Assembly: GCA_012295275.1 (NCBI GenBank)
Contig: CM022671.1
Location: forward strand, 15,376,001-15,440,000
Direction of reading: 5' to 3'
DNA from: Chrysomallon squamiferum
Taxonomy: Eukaryota > Animalia > Mollusca
DNA length: 64,000 nt
The notes beneath the pieces are model-generated. The model made no database searches. It saw only the letters and a list, made by a program, of their open reading frames with translations, and was not told where the DNA came from. The translations under genes and the position numbers were made by a program. Shown one piece after another: positions 1 to 12,375 of this stretch. Position 1 is the stretch's first letter. The number at the start of each line of letters is the position of its first letter.

Positions 1-990
1 AGGTGAAAAGATAACAAAAACGTAGCATTGTTTAACGTGAAGAAGCGCGCATCAATCGACTATGTTGATTTCTTCTGGAAACATTTTTGACGTCACACTG
101 CAGTATGCTCCGACCACAGTCGCTATTTTTAGAGATACCTGAGCAGGTCACAGTTTGTGAAATACCTAGTAACTACCTTAGCACATCCATATTTGCGGTA
201 AATGGATATTCTGCCATGTCACCGGAAAAAATATTTCATTCTGAATATCTAAATTTAGAAATGAAGAATCCTTCACTTAATTTAATAAGACAGGATTGCT
301 TGCGTATTCATTGTTTATAAAATGATGGCAGACATCTTTGCACTTAGTGTCGTATTTTACTATTTAGCATTTTAATCCAACACATACGATTGTTTTTAAA
401 TAATAAATGTTCATTCAAATAATTCATCTATGAGTTGAAAATTAGTTTTATTATTTATTTCTGGCATTTAAAAATTTTAACATATGTGAAAATAAGTGCG
501 AATGAAAAACATATTAAAATAAAACAAAACTTAGTAAAAGTTACTGGTAATATTCCGGTTTAGTTCTACCCTTTGTTAACAGAAGTGTTGCTCACAGTCA
601 ACCACACCCTTTGAAATAAATAAATTAAAAAGAAAAATATATATAGCGATTGTGTTAACGCTGAACGAAAAGAAAAGCAGTCTTACGTAAGCAGAGACAC
701 ACCCACTCACACACCCACGATAATCTGGTTTCTAAAATACATCATAACTCCTCAGTCTTCGCATTTAATTTATGACAAGTTCATCATTCACAAATGTAGA
801 CTCGTATATGTTCAAAAATAGCTGCTGGCACGATTACCTTTTATTCGGTTATATGTATCGTTTTCATTCACGGCATTATAGTATTATAATGGCTTTCTGT
901 CACAAAAGGCGCAATGAATGTCTGCGCATTGACCGTATTGATTCCGCAAGAGCAAAACTTTACTGTTAGCGCAGTAGCATAGATATGTCG

Positions 991-993
<3 letters not shown>

Positions 994-1072
<79 letters not shown>
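994..1072. repeat. (GA)n microsatellite
   Basis: Perfect GA dinucleotide run; it explains the ERERER ORF at 985. Confidence 0.98.
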
Positions 1073-1074
<2 letters not shown>

Positions 1075-4033
1075 AGTTTTAAAGTTATAATATTTTTTAG
1101 CTTAAATATAATTAAACTGAACATGGCCCTGACATCTGTACAGTGCTTCCAGATTTTAACCTTGTTAACAATTTTGATACGTTTTCACTGTATTTCTTAC
1201 ATGATTTTCAGCTAGTGTTAAAAAGGATGCTGTTGAAAGATATCATGCAGATGGTAATTTTAGTAAATGTTTATCAACGTTTCTCTTGTATCATGTTACT
1301 CTCTATATTCAATATGTCTGTCATGAGACACAAAATGCGTGCTCTCTCGAACGAAAATTTGCTTTAGAAACACAATGATAGTCACGTGATTGCCTCAAAG
1401 CAAACTGGTTTTTAAACAAAGTTCGGGTGACCTAGTTGGTACTTAACAACTTCACACTGCAACACGACATATAATTATTATTGTTAGACTGTCTTCTTCT
1501 TTTTCTCTTTTTTTAAACAAAAATCCAGTTTTTCGCCTATAATTCACTCAACGAAGATTTATTAACTTAAAGTTTCAGAATTATTATTGTTATTGTTATT
1601 ATTAGTATTAGTAGTAGTAGTAGTAATAGTAGCAGCAGCAGTAGTAGTAGTAGTATTTAAGTTTTACCAAAATAATATATTGTTATAACTTTGTAATTTA
1701 AAAGAAAAACAAATAACTGAAACTCATTTTTTTTTTTTTTTTTTTTTCTTCTTCGTCTTTCTGTTACGGTTGTTGTTATTCTTATGGCTTAAATTTTTGT
1801 TGTAATTGGTATACTTTTTATAGACATAAATTTAAAATTTTGTCGATTTGTTATTCATAATACGTGAAAACTACGTTAATGTAAACTCAAACTGACATAC
1901 GTAACACCCATTTCGGAACGGCTTGTGTTACGTGTATTGAATGCTTGAGTGGTTTGCAGATAACATTGTTGGCGTTTGTCCCTAGGCTATCAAATTGCTA
2001 AGTCTTCACTGTGCTTTCGGGTTTCAAGACAATAACATATTTTGTTAAGAATGCTTATAGCTACCAAGTGACTACTGAACTGTGAAAAGGTGCTTCTTCG
2101 ACTTATTTGAAACTTGTCCAAAACCAGTTTTTATTTTTTATTTTTTATTTTTTTTAAAAGTATATATATTACGCTTAAACAATAGTATACAACCTGGGTT
2201 TTTTTTTTTTTTTTTTTTTTTTGTTCAGTTGTTTTGGGCGCCCAGAGTTAGATAATAACAAAGTTTGATAATACTGCTACAAAATAGTTTAGCACAGCCA
2301 TTTCCCTGTTTAAATACAGCCTAACAGTCGCGATGTCACTGCGTTGGAATATTGCTTGTGTTCACTATAGTCACTGTATTAGCTGTCCCAAATGCAATGC
2401 ATCCGTCTTCAGACAAGTAGCCTAGGTGCTGGTTGTATCATGTAAATCTTTTTATTTGTCTACAAAAATAAATAAAAACTGGTTTGAATAAGAAAATGTT
2501 GCTTAACAGAAACAAATATTTTATGAATAATATTTATATATTTATTTATATTATGTTGCAGATTTACTGATAAAAAGTCCATATCTAGTCAACATGTTAA
2601 GATTTGTCCAGAATAAGCGTCGTGTTATATATAATACCAGTACTTAATACAGACATGCATGTGATTTTTAGAAAAGCAATAGCCTATAGAAGGCGTTTAA
2701 TAAGAATAGATATTTGCTGAGGTGTATTTAAAACATGCATTCATTTAATAAGATTCTTTTTATTGTTACAAAGTCAACAGTAAAATGAATTAGAAATTGA
2801 ACAGTGGAGCAGATACCTGAATACCGACTAAATCACGTGTGACATAAGCTTACTTTTAACAACAAGACATCCATATACATAATTTCTGCATTCGATCATA
2901 AAAGGAAACGAAGCTTGTGATTTGTCTTTGTACTGTGTGTTATAAACGTATTTAGCTATTCAGATACACACTTTTATAAATGTTTCACTTACATATTAAA
3001 CGAAGCTGCTTTGCGATTGACTTCTTGTTGCTTATCGTGGGAAAGAATATTTCCAATGGGTTCATTTATTCTGAAGCTGTTCTTCTCGTTCTAGGCTTGT
3101 CTTGTCCCGACAGCTTGCACAGATAAATGTATAGACAAGACCATTACTTCTGACTGAAGTTAAATAATTAAAACATTATTTTCATCATATTTTATGAATC
3201 ATTAAATATTTAAACCTTCATACTGACGTTATTTCAGAAAGGATTCTTCTTCTTCTTTTTGTTACAGTTCAGTTCCAAATAGTTTACCACTAATTAATTA
3301 TAACTTTCTGTTAGTAATCTTTAATGGATTTCAGAAAAATATATCTTTCTTTAATATATTAATATCTGCAACGAATATATGAATAAAAGGAAAGACGTTT
3401 CAATAAAGGAAGGACTCACAACATCCCCATAGAAAATATTTTGTTAGCTGGTGTTTTGTGTTTTTATTGTTGTTGTTTGACATTAAACAGCATATAACGC
3501 CTGAAACAAATGGAAAACAAAGAAGAAAAAGAAAAAGAAGAAGTCATACAAAATAGCAGTAAAATAAAACTTCCTAAAGTTAAATTAGGATGAAGTGTAA
3601 ACAAACACTATAGTTTCTATCTGGTCTCCAATACTAAACATTTTAATTTCAAGAACTGTTACAGCCTTCGTTTTAGAAAACTTTAGAGATAAACAAAATA
3701 CGAGATACATTTATTATACATGCAAAATAAGATCCTGTTCTGGGTTTTTTATTATTATTTTATTTTTTTGTCACACAGCATGCACCAAATTCAGCTGCCC
3801 ATTGTTGAAGTCAGTTCAAGCAAAACTGCAAGTGACGTTCAACGATAACCAGCAGAAGTGAAAAGATGCTTACGTGATAACGCCCATCATTTTTTAGTGG
3901 TTAAAACCGACCTCATCCGCATTTAAAAATTCTGTCTTTGAAGATAACATAATAATAAGAAGTTATTGTTAAGCCCATCCCTCTGAGGACTTTATGAAAC
4001 CCTGAACATTTATCTATTTATCTATCTATCTTT

Positions 4034-4106
<73 letters not shown>

Positions 4107-4245
4107 TTTATGTATGTATGTATGGCTATACTTAAAAACAGAATAAATATTAAGTATGGGAACTTTCATCGTTTAACGTGTGTGAAAAATAATGATATTT
4201 TCACGATTTCTCTTTCTTTCTTTTTTTTCTTTCTTTCTTTCTTTC

Positions 4246-4285
<40 letters not shown>

Positions 4286-4694
4286 TATTATTTGATAAAT
4301 TTTAACTGATGCAACAGAATATATCTCATCAGTCAGCATAGCATAGCTTTATCTTATATCGATGACATTACCTTGACACAGTAAGATTTAACATTCACGC
4401 TTAAAGCATTAAACAGAATTTCGAAAGGATGACGGCTTTCCTGTATAATTAACTTTCTAAAATATTGACACTAACTATATAAATAATCGGATTGTTCGTA
4501 GAATTGACATTTATTTTTGAGGGCAGCTTGTTACTCTATAAAACGTCTTAAGTAAATAATTTATTTCATTTATCCAGTAGTCGTTCACTGTGCTTATTCC
4601 GAATCCAGCCAGAGCTTCATAACTAGTTTAAAAATCTGTGTTATGTTCCTGTCTGTGGCAAGATACATATTAATCAGTCGGGAATAAAATAGTA

Positions 4695-4903
4695 TAGGTA
4701 GATGGAGTATTCCGACAGATGTAGAGTTCAAAAACCTTATTTCTTGCCCAAACTTATTAAAAATATTGTATAAAATACAAATGAGCTTCCTGTTTAGACG
4801 TCAGTCGTGTTTTATTTATTTCCTTATATTCCAAAATTCGAAATTTTTTGAAATCCAAAACATTTCCATTTCCAAACATTTCGGATGATGGTTTCCCAAT
4901 CTG
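4695..4903 (-). mobile_element. Degenerate pogo/Tigger-like MITE, same family as 40532-40790, opposite orientation
   Basis: Reverse complement of 4821-4903 (cagattgggaaaccatcatccgaaatgtttgg...gttttggatttc...gaatataagga) aligns with the left arm of the 40532 element. It ends in CTG followed by TA. Left boundary uncertain. Confidence 0.55.
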
Positions 4904-5261
4904 TACTTTCTTCTTTTTAAAAAAAAATAAAAAAAAAAAAAAAAAAAAAATTATTTTGCATAGTTATAAGACATAATGACTATTAAGTAATGAAAATTAA
5001 GCATGTGGAATAACAAAATGTAACAATCAGACTATGAATATCTAGATATTTATTCTTATAATATTAAATGGTACAATTTTCTTTTGATTACATCATTATA
5101 TTCAAGATAACATGTTTTAATATTGATATGTCAACAGATACGAATTATGAGTTATTAACTGAATGTTACAAAACATTTCTTCGGTATTTGGGAGTTTGTT
5201 CTGGTTAAACACAACATATGAACACACAGATCTTTAGTGGATACACTGTGAGGGGTTTTGT

Positions 5262-5313
<52 letters not shown>

Positions 5314-5803
5314 GCACGGATACGCAAACTAGAATATATTGTTAGTAACTAATTACATGAAATAGTTAACTATGTGAAGCAGAGACACATTAAAATCTAG
5401 ATATATAACAAAAGTATCAACATAAATGTATCCAACGCGTGCAATATGCTTACAAGCTCCATGTAGTCAGTCCTACCATCAATTGAGTTATGCAACTAAA
5501 TGATTGAATGAACAATAACAAACACTTAGTTATTTAGAACTGTCGCTCGTTGGATAATTCTGAATAAAATGATTAACTGAATAATAATCTATAAATCATG
5601 TAAACGTAAGAAACTCTGCTAAACGTATACGAAAGAATGAAAGATCGGAAACGTAGTATAATGTTGTTGTTTGCTGCATATAAATGGTTTTGAGATTATT
5701 ATATTTTCACGATTTCTCTTTTTTCTTCTTTTTCTTTCTTTCTTTTTGTTATTATTACTATTATTATTTGATACATTTTAACTGATACAACAGAATATAT
5801 ATA

Positions 5804-5836
<33 letters not shown>

Positions 5837-7165
5837 TTTTTTTTTTTTTTTTTGGCTGATTTGCTATTGGCAAACTATTTTTACATCCAGTGAAAAAACC
5901 TCCATATTTACATATTATGTGTTGATAGTAGTGTTAGTGATAAATAACAGCATTCCTCTTGAAATGTATTTACAACCACTGACTGAAATTATTTTAAAAA
6001 ATAATATAATACGTGTTAATGTTATTCGGGAAAATATAACAATGGGAAAAACACACTCTCATACTGATACAGAAACAGACACACACACACACAGACATAT
6101 ACATTACAAAGCAGAGTAGTAAATACAAATAGGATCAGTTATACTGTTCCGTACAGACTTGACATGATTTAAAAAAAATAAAAATGTTAGGTTTATAAGT
6201 CCTGATTTATGTCAGTGTTCATCTGTGTTATATAAAATAACTGACAACACACACGATTATACAAGATAAATAAGTTCACAACTAGTAATAAGAATAATAA
6301 AATAAATAACTGATACAAATGTCTGCTATTACAAAAAAAAAAAAACGTATATATATCTGAAACATTGTTATTATAATAAGAAATAATAAATTTAAACTAT
6401 TATTAATGTTAACGATACTACATCGAAATAATCTGTTCTTAAATCTGCTAGAAAAATTATTAATTTGAATGTTATAATTTATAATATTCGATGTTTTAGA
6501 GCATCAATATGATTAACATATGTGTAGAAAATGCATTTATTATTATTATTATTATTTAAAATCAACAGTTATGCACCAGTCAGGAGTTAAAATAACACAC
6601 ACCCAATAATATGGAGAATATAAATTTAAAATAGAATATAAGAGCGTAATATTGTGACTTATACAGGTTAGCTAATTCTATACAACTATATTTTCAGTTT
6701 ATACATTCATTAGTCACTCCGTTTATAATAATTTGAAATAATAATAAAAATAATAATAATAATAATAACAACAATAATAATAATAATAATAATAGTAATG
6801 TAAATTTACTAAAATTCAGTGCTCGTTTGCTACCATAAAAAACACTAACCATCCAACAACACATCTTCATATTTCCTGTCTCGTGTCCATCTGTCATGTT
6901 TCTTTAAATGTTAAATACAGTAAAGTACTTTCCAGAACGACAACCGAAACGACGAAAGGATTTTCTGTATCAAACATTAACTGATGCATTTCAGAAAAAA
7001 AAAAAAAAGAAAAAAAGAACAGCATTTTGTTAGAACATCTGAGGTAAACAATCTTACATATTTCCCTTGTGTTAAAGCAATGCTAGTATTGTAAGCACAT
7101 TTCTGGAGGCTTCGTAAATGTTTTAGCAGAAACAGTGTTTAGAATAATGAACATTTCTTCAAGTT

Positions 7166-8965
7166 TTAATACAGATTAAACTCGACGTCACCTTCTCTTC
7201 CTCGGTTCGCCATATGTTCATTGAGCGAGTAGGCAGATTGTGATTCATCAACAACACCGTATCGTCCTTCTTTTGCAAGGCTGCTGGAAAACGCTCTTTC
7301 ATTTTTGTGTTGGTTTTCAAATCTCCTAAAATCCCTTGGAATTCTGTGACTAGCTCTGTCCATCATGTTACCTGGCAACTCTGACTGATATCCGATGCTA
7401 TCGGTCGATATGTCGCTAGGGGCGCCATAGACCCGACGTTTGGACTTTTTATCCTTCTTATTCTTGCGACCTTTCTTTTTTTCAAACTTTTTCACTCTCT
7501 CAGAAGGAGGTGGCATGGATCTGGGTCTCGTCGAATAAACTGGCATATATGGGTACCTGTTTGGAGGGTACACGTAATAGTCGTAGGGATGTACTGGTTG
7601 TGGGTAGAAAGACCCTTGAGGAAAAGGACCGTTATTTGGACGTTGTCTCAGTTCGAACTGTTCACGCCTGCTGGTTCTTGACCTCGGGAGTCCTGATCTT
7701 CCTTCATAATCTGTTGGTGGCGTTCGTGGTCGAGAACTTACATCACTAGACGCGTCACCGTCACCATTTACAGCACTTTTCACGAATGTTTCGTCATGTC
7801 CATTTCTAGGCGACGAAGATCGAGTTGAATGTGATCCTGATGATGCTGATCCACGACGAGTTTCCCGCCTCTTCATAAAAAACGAGTAATCCATGTACAT
7901 TGGTTGTGGTGGTGGAGGTGGTGGTGGTGGTGGCATGAATACATACGGATCACGTGGCCGTGGTATAACTCTTGGACGGAGCATGGGAGGCGGAGGCGAG
8001 AAAAATCTTGGTCGTGGAGGTGCTGGAGGTGGAGGAACCATTCTGACAGGAACAGGTGTAGGTCGTGGGTATGGGAGAGTCATTGACGCTCCGAGAGGAA
8101 CTGATGATGATGCCACAGTAGGAGTCCTACTGCGGGTAGAAAGTCGAGCAGCTGTTGGTCTGAATGTCGGAGGATTAACAGATGCTGTAGGAATCGGTTG
8201 CGGTCGTTCTGGTTCGACATCAGAAAGTTTCTCTACATTGTATTTTTTAACTTGATTTGGTTTGGTGCTGTAAAAGTACCCGTGCTGCGGTGGATTACCG
8301 AAGAATTCAGGGGCGCTTCCATTATGAACGTCTCCTGATACCAAACGAACTGAATGATCGCGTGATGGCGTTGATCGTGGTGTACTGTTCTCTGAATATA
8401 ACTGGCTGTCAAGTGCCACCGAGCGACTATCAGACAAAACCGTATGATTCAACACTGATCCACTCAGCTTACCTTTAGCATGCCTGTCTGCGAAAGATGT
8501 TGCCTGGACCAAGTCTAAAGCATCTTTCGAGGAAGAGCAAACAAATCCATGGCACTCTAGAACCCTCTTACCCTGAGTCCTGCGAGTTATAGCTGTAAAT
8601 ATCGCAGGCCTTTTGGCATTTGAGCCACCAGCTGCCGGTGAATTTAGAGAAACAAATTTAGCCACTTTTTCACCAGTTGCCGTGTTTATTGTAGTAATAC
8701 ATCTGACAGCGGCGCACAGAGTTAATGATGTTATAGGAAACCAAATAATGGTACTCGGTTCGTTCTCGTACTGAAGTTGTAATCCTCTGGGAAGGATGGT
8801 CAGAAAAGACATAATTCCCTCGAGACTCGAATCATCATTGGCGGGATAACGTTCCCTTAAAGGCTGCTGTATGGCATCTAAACCCTCAGAAGTTTCTAGT
8901 GGAACGGAACTTCCTATATATAAAACACGCCGCTTTATCATCGGCTCCTCTTTTTCTTGAACCAT
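7166..8965 (-). CDS. 599-aa single-exon protein: N-terminal PTB/PID (PH-fold)-like domain, long Pro-rich disordered region, basic cluster
   Basis: Long stop-free ORF with raised GC. The N-terminus RVLYIGSSVP...PAIFTAITRR...LECHGFVCSSSKDALDLVQA follows the PTB pattern (Y-x-G-S first strand, CHxFxC strand, C-terminal helix). Polyproline tracts and KKKGRKNKKDKKSKRR follow. Confidence 0.88.
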   Translation of the reverse strand: MVQEKEEPMIKRRVLYIGSSVPLETSEGLDAIQQPLRERYPANDDSSLEGIMSFLTILPRGLQLQYENEPSTIIWFPITSLTLCAAVRCITTINTATGEKVAKFVSLNSPAAGGSNAKRPAIFTAITRRTQGKRVLECHGFVCSSSKDALDLVQATSFADRHAKGKLSGSVLNHTVLSDSRSVALDSQLYSENSTPRSTPSRDHSVRLVSGDVHNGSAPEFFGNPPQHGYFYSTKPNQVKKYNVEKLSDVEPERPQPIPTASVNPPTFRPTAARLSTRSRTPTVASSSVPLGASMTLPYPRPTPVPVRMVPPPPAPPRPRFFSPPPPMLRPRVIPRPRDPYVFMPPPPPPPPPQPMYMDYSFFMKRRETRRGSASSGSHSTRSSSPRNGHDETFVKSAVNGDGDASSDVSSRPRTPPTDYEGRSGLPRSRTSRREQFELRQRPNNGPFPQGSFYPQPVHPYDYYVYPPNRYPYMPVYSTRPRSMPPPSERVKKFEKKKGRKNKKDKKSKRRVYGAPSDISTDSIGYQSELPGNMMDRASHRIPRDFRRFENQHKNERAFSSSLAKEGRYGVVDESQSAYSLNEHMANRGREGDVEFNLY

Positions 8966-9039
8966 TGTAACAGTTTTGTTTTTTCAAGTCCACTAAACTA
9001 AGTTCGTAAGTAATTTTCTAAAACTACGTTTTAACACAC

Positions 9040-9190
9040 TCGTCAGAGCTGCGCCTTTATCGCGCGTCAGGTACTGGAGATCTGCTTGTCACTTCTATTG
9101 CCATTTGTGTAAGGGGAGTAGCTAAATTTCTGATCACCAAGTGTGACGTCGACTCGGTGGCCACATTCCAAAACAGACGTGACTCATTTA
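9040..9190 (-). promoter_or_regulatory. Putative proximal promoter of the 599-aa gene with AP-1/CRE-like sites
   Basis: TGACTCA (AP-1) at 9180-9186, TGACGTCG at 9144-9151 and CGTCA half-sites near 9041 and 9065, in a CpG-richer patch just upstream of the ATG. Confidence 0.35.
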
Positions 9191-10208
9191 AATTTCTTTC
9201 GAAGATGTGGTTCAGCCTTGTCATTAGAAGGAAAAAAACACTGTCTGATGTCGAATGAATAGTCATAAGCTGCCACGCCCTCAGAAAAATGTCCGATTAT
9301 GTTTTAGCACGAACAGGTTGCTGTTGTTCGTTCTACTTACTCCACCGCAGTGACTGAACTAACTACCCGGTCGCCCTAGCCAAGTGTAAAGCGTTGTGTT
9401 CACAGTGCATGACTTAATAAATATCCCTCAGCCATTCAGAACCGGTTTGGGTCCTGTTCTATTTCCATCTCAGAAACACAGTATACTGTGACCTTCTCGT
9501 TTCTTTCAGTACAGCGTAACACAAAATTTACAGTGTTACACGAAATGACAGGTATACCGTGTACTTTTGTATACTGTGGTTGTTCATAAATATACACACA
9601 CACACGATGAAGGAAATATACACTAAGTATAATAAATTCACCTCTATATGCGATACGGTTTAAATTCTCTTACGTTACAATGAAAGTATTTGGTCTGAAA
9701 TAAATCAATAACATTAATAGTCCAGCATGGTCGGCAGAATTCAATAATAGTTACTGAACAATTGAGCAATATATATTATGATAACAAGAACATGATTTAT
9801 TAGAAAATTATAACATTGGACAACAGGTGTTGAAGTTTGGTTTCTTTTACAAAAACTATATTATTTATCTGTTTATAAATATAGCCCACATCATTTATTT
9901 ATTTATTTCATTTATTTCATTTATTTTATTTATTTTATTTATTTTTATTTATTTCATTTATTTCATTTATTTTTATTTATTTTATTTATTATTATTTTTT
10001 ATTTTGTTTTTGTTTTTGTTTTGTTTTTGTTTTGTTTTTTGTTATTCTTTATTATTCATTAATTGATAAAGTATATTATTAAGAATCACGAAATAAAAGA
10101 AATTAGCATTGATTTGTATGTTTAATACATACACAAACCTACTAGTATTTTTATCAGAAAGGTTCACTTAATTATTTACAAGTTCCATTACAAGATAAAA
10201 AATATAAT

Positions 10209-10248
<40 letters not shown>

Positions 10249-10294
10249 TAAAAAATATACCCGTCTAACTACTAATATTACTACTACTACTTCC

Positions 10295-10338
<44 letters not shown>

Positions 10339-10816
10339 TAATAATAATAATTCATTTAAGGTGAAAGATACTATATACAGTATTATTCATTCTGTTGGAT
10401 TATATTCTGAACAGTTATTATTTGAGAGATATCTTCTTTTAAAAAAAAATATATGTTGTTTTCTCTAAATATTCAAGTTTTACACGAGGTACAAAACAGT
10501 TGAAGCCAGACTATTACGCAGCTGGTAAAATGGCTTGTTTGATCGTCCTTGCTCGGCTTAACTGCAGATTCAAAGTAAATACACCCAGGAATTAAACATT
10601 TCTCGAGTACACACCTTTCCAGTCTCTTCGTGTCCATCACAGAAACTGTATATCCCAGCAATTTCTATACTCTTTTCACTCTTTCTTTAAAGAAATCTAG
10701 CTTCAGTTCAATTGTTTTTTCATTTTATAAATTTATACTGTTTATAGCTTTCCTTAGTTGTTAAAAAGCTTTAAAAAAAAATCAGATAAATTTCAACAAA
10801 TGTTTTCGGGCATTTA

Positions 10817-12226
10817 TTATGTGTTTTTTATCGGATTATGCACCGTTAAAGGCTTTGATCCAGAAATGATGTACAAGCTTTTTGGCCTAACTTTTCGAGA
10901 AATGGGTTGTCCGACGACAAACGGTTCTCGTACTCTGGACGAATATGTATATTCTATTGGACGCTCTATGGAAGTCGGCACCCCAGAACTAGATGAAGAC
11001 CTCATGCGCAAGGAAGAAGATTTTCGATTTGACATGGTTGAAGGTGCGTACTCGTTCCGCATGATTAGACTGTCTCGACCACTGACTGCCTCTCTGTTAG
11101 CAGACATCGAACCAGTTTGAACTCGGAGTGGCTGAGAGACAGGAACGCTGACCACTCGTCCATTAACAATTGTCTTAAATCCTTGACGATTTGATGTACT
11201 GTCATCCGCTCTCATATGACTGGATATGGCGGAGTAAGTTCCGTTATGACGTGCTGAAGAAGCCAACACGGAAACCGGAGTGTTTTTATAAGAGTTTTTC
11301 CCCGACTGATGTGCTGTCTGAATGCCAAAGCTGCGGTAGTCAGGAACTATCGCGTGAGCCATGCCATTTCTGTCAGTATAGACGTAGCTGTTGTTATTTT
11401 CATTGACGCTTTCATTAAGTTTCTGACTGCTTTCGTTACTATCGTTGATTTGTTTGGCATTTCTTAGATGTTCTTCTGCACTGATTCCAGTTGACTTTTC
11501 TAAGAGGTATTTAACTTCGCGTAGTTCCTGAGAGAGATAGTCAAGTTCTTGTTTGAATGAGGATACGTCTGAAATTTCAGACATGGTGTCCACTTCGTCA
11601 TGTATGTGAGTCTGTACACCGATATTTTGTACTACTTTTCCCTTTATGACGAATTCTTCACCTTTTGTCACAACCTCCTGAATCTCGACATCAGGTTTAG
11701 AAACGTCAGTATCAGGAGTATCGTTATAACGAACATCCCCGTTTACTTTCACGGTGTTAGAAGGTTCCTTGTGATCCATGTCCAACATTGGACGCTGATT
11801 ATCTTTGGAACTGCGAGCTCTTAGAGTCCAGTTCCCATCATCTCGTTTCAGCATTCTTACGTCATCACCACGGATACTTTTAAACGCTGTAACGATCTTC
11901 CCTGCATCCACGGCTGTGATGCATCGAAATGCAAGAACGTTGTACTTGTGCACTGGGTCTCTGACAATACACAGCAGACTCGTAGGGTTGTGTCTGTTCA
12001 CTGTCATGAAGTATATACTTGCGATAGGAATGAAGTCTATTTTAGCAGGAATTTTAAACATGGATGATTTCGAAATGTGTAATCCTTCCGCAGTCAGCTT
12101 CAGTTTTACTCTCCGCCCTTTGTCCAGCGTTGACCTCGTCACTACTTCCTTGATTATATTGTCAGTAACGACGTCATCTTTCCACATCCCTATGAAATAA
12201 GCGTCTTTCTTAATCGTTTCCGACAT
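10817..12226 (-). CDS. ~469-aa protein encoded by one coding exon: divergent PTB/PH-like N-terminal domain, coiled coil, Ser-rich tail
   Basis: Likely start MSETIKKDAYFIG at 12224-12226, downstream of a splice acceptor (tttatag) at ~12288. VKLKLTAEGLHIS...IPIASIYFM...YNVLAFRCITAVDAGKIVTAF is PTB-like. SFKQELDYLSQELREVKYLLEK is a heptad coiled coil. Confidence 0.85.
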   Translation of the reverse strand: MSETIKKDAYFIGMWKDDVVTDNIIKEVVTRSTLDKGRRVKLKLTAEGLHISKSSMFKIPAKIDFIPIASIYFMTVNRHNPTSLLCIVRDPVHKYNVLAFRCITAVDAGKIVTAFKSIRGDDVRMLKRDDGNWTLRARSSKDNQRPMLDMDHKEPSNTVKVNGDVRYNDTPDTDVSKPDVEIQEVVTKGEEFVIKGKVVQNIGVQTHIHDEVDTMSEISDVSSFKQELDYLSQELREVKYLLEKSTGISAEEHLRNAKQINDSNESSQKLNESVNENNNSYVYTDRNGMAHAIVPDYRSFGIQTAHQSGKNSYKNTPVSVLASSARHNGTYSAISSHMRADDSTSNRQGFKTIVNGRVVSVPVSQPLRVQTGSMSANREAVSGRDSLIMRNEYAPSTMSNRKSSSLRMRSSSSSGVPTSIERPIEYTYSSRVREPFVVGQPISRKVRPKSLYIISGSKPLTVHNPIKNT

Positions 12227-12329
12227 TTTCAGATTGTTTTTCCTTGTCCGAGGAACTGACCTCTTTAGTTTTCTTTGGACTGTAAACCTATAAATAAGCA
12301 ATATGTAATTCACATAATCTTTATAACAC

Positions 12330-12375
<46 letters not shown>

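Noticed and set aside
2993-3155. Possible minus-strand exon with a good donor (gtaagt at ~2992)
   Set aside because: All three frames contain a stop and no partner exon was found. It may be a UTR exon of a gene outside the window, but this is unsupported.
7510-8478. Plus-strand Gly/Trp-rich ORFs (7510, 7893, 7904, 8257), and likewise 10758-12200
   Set aside because: These are antisense shadows of the minus-strand CDSs.
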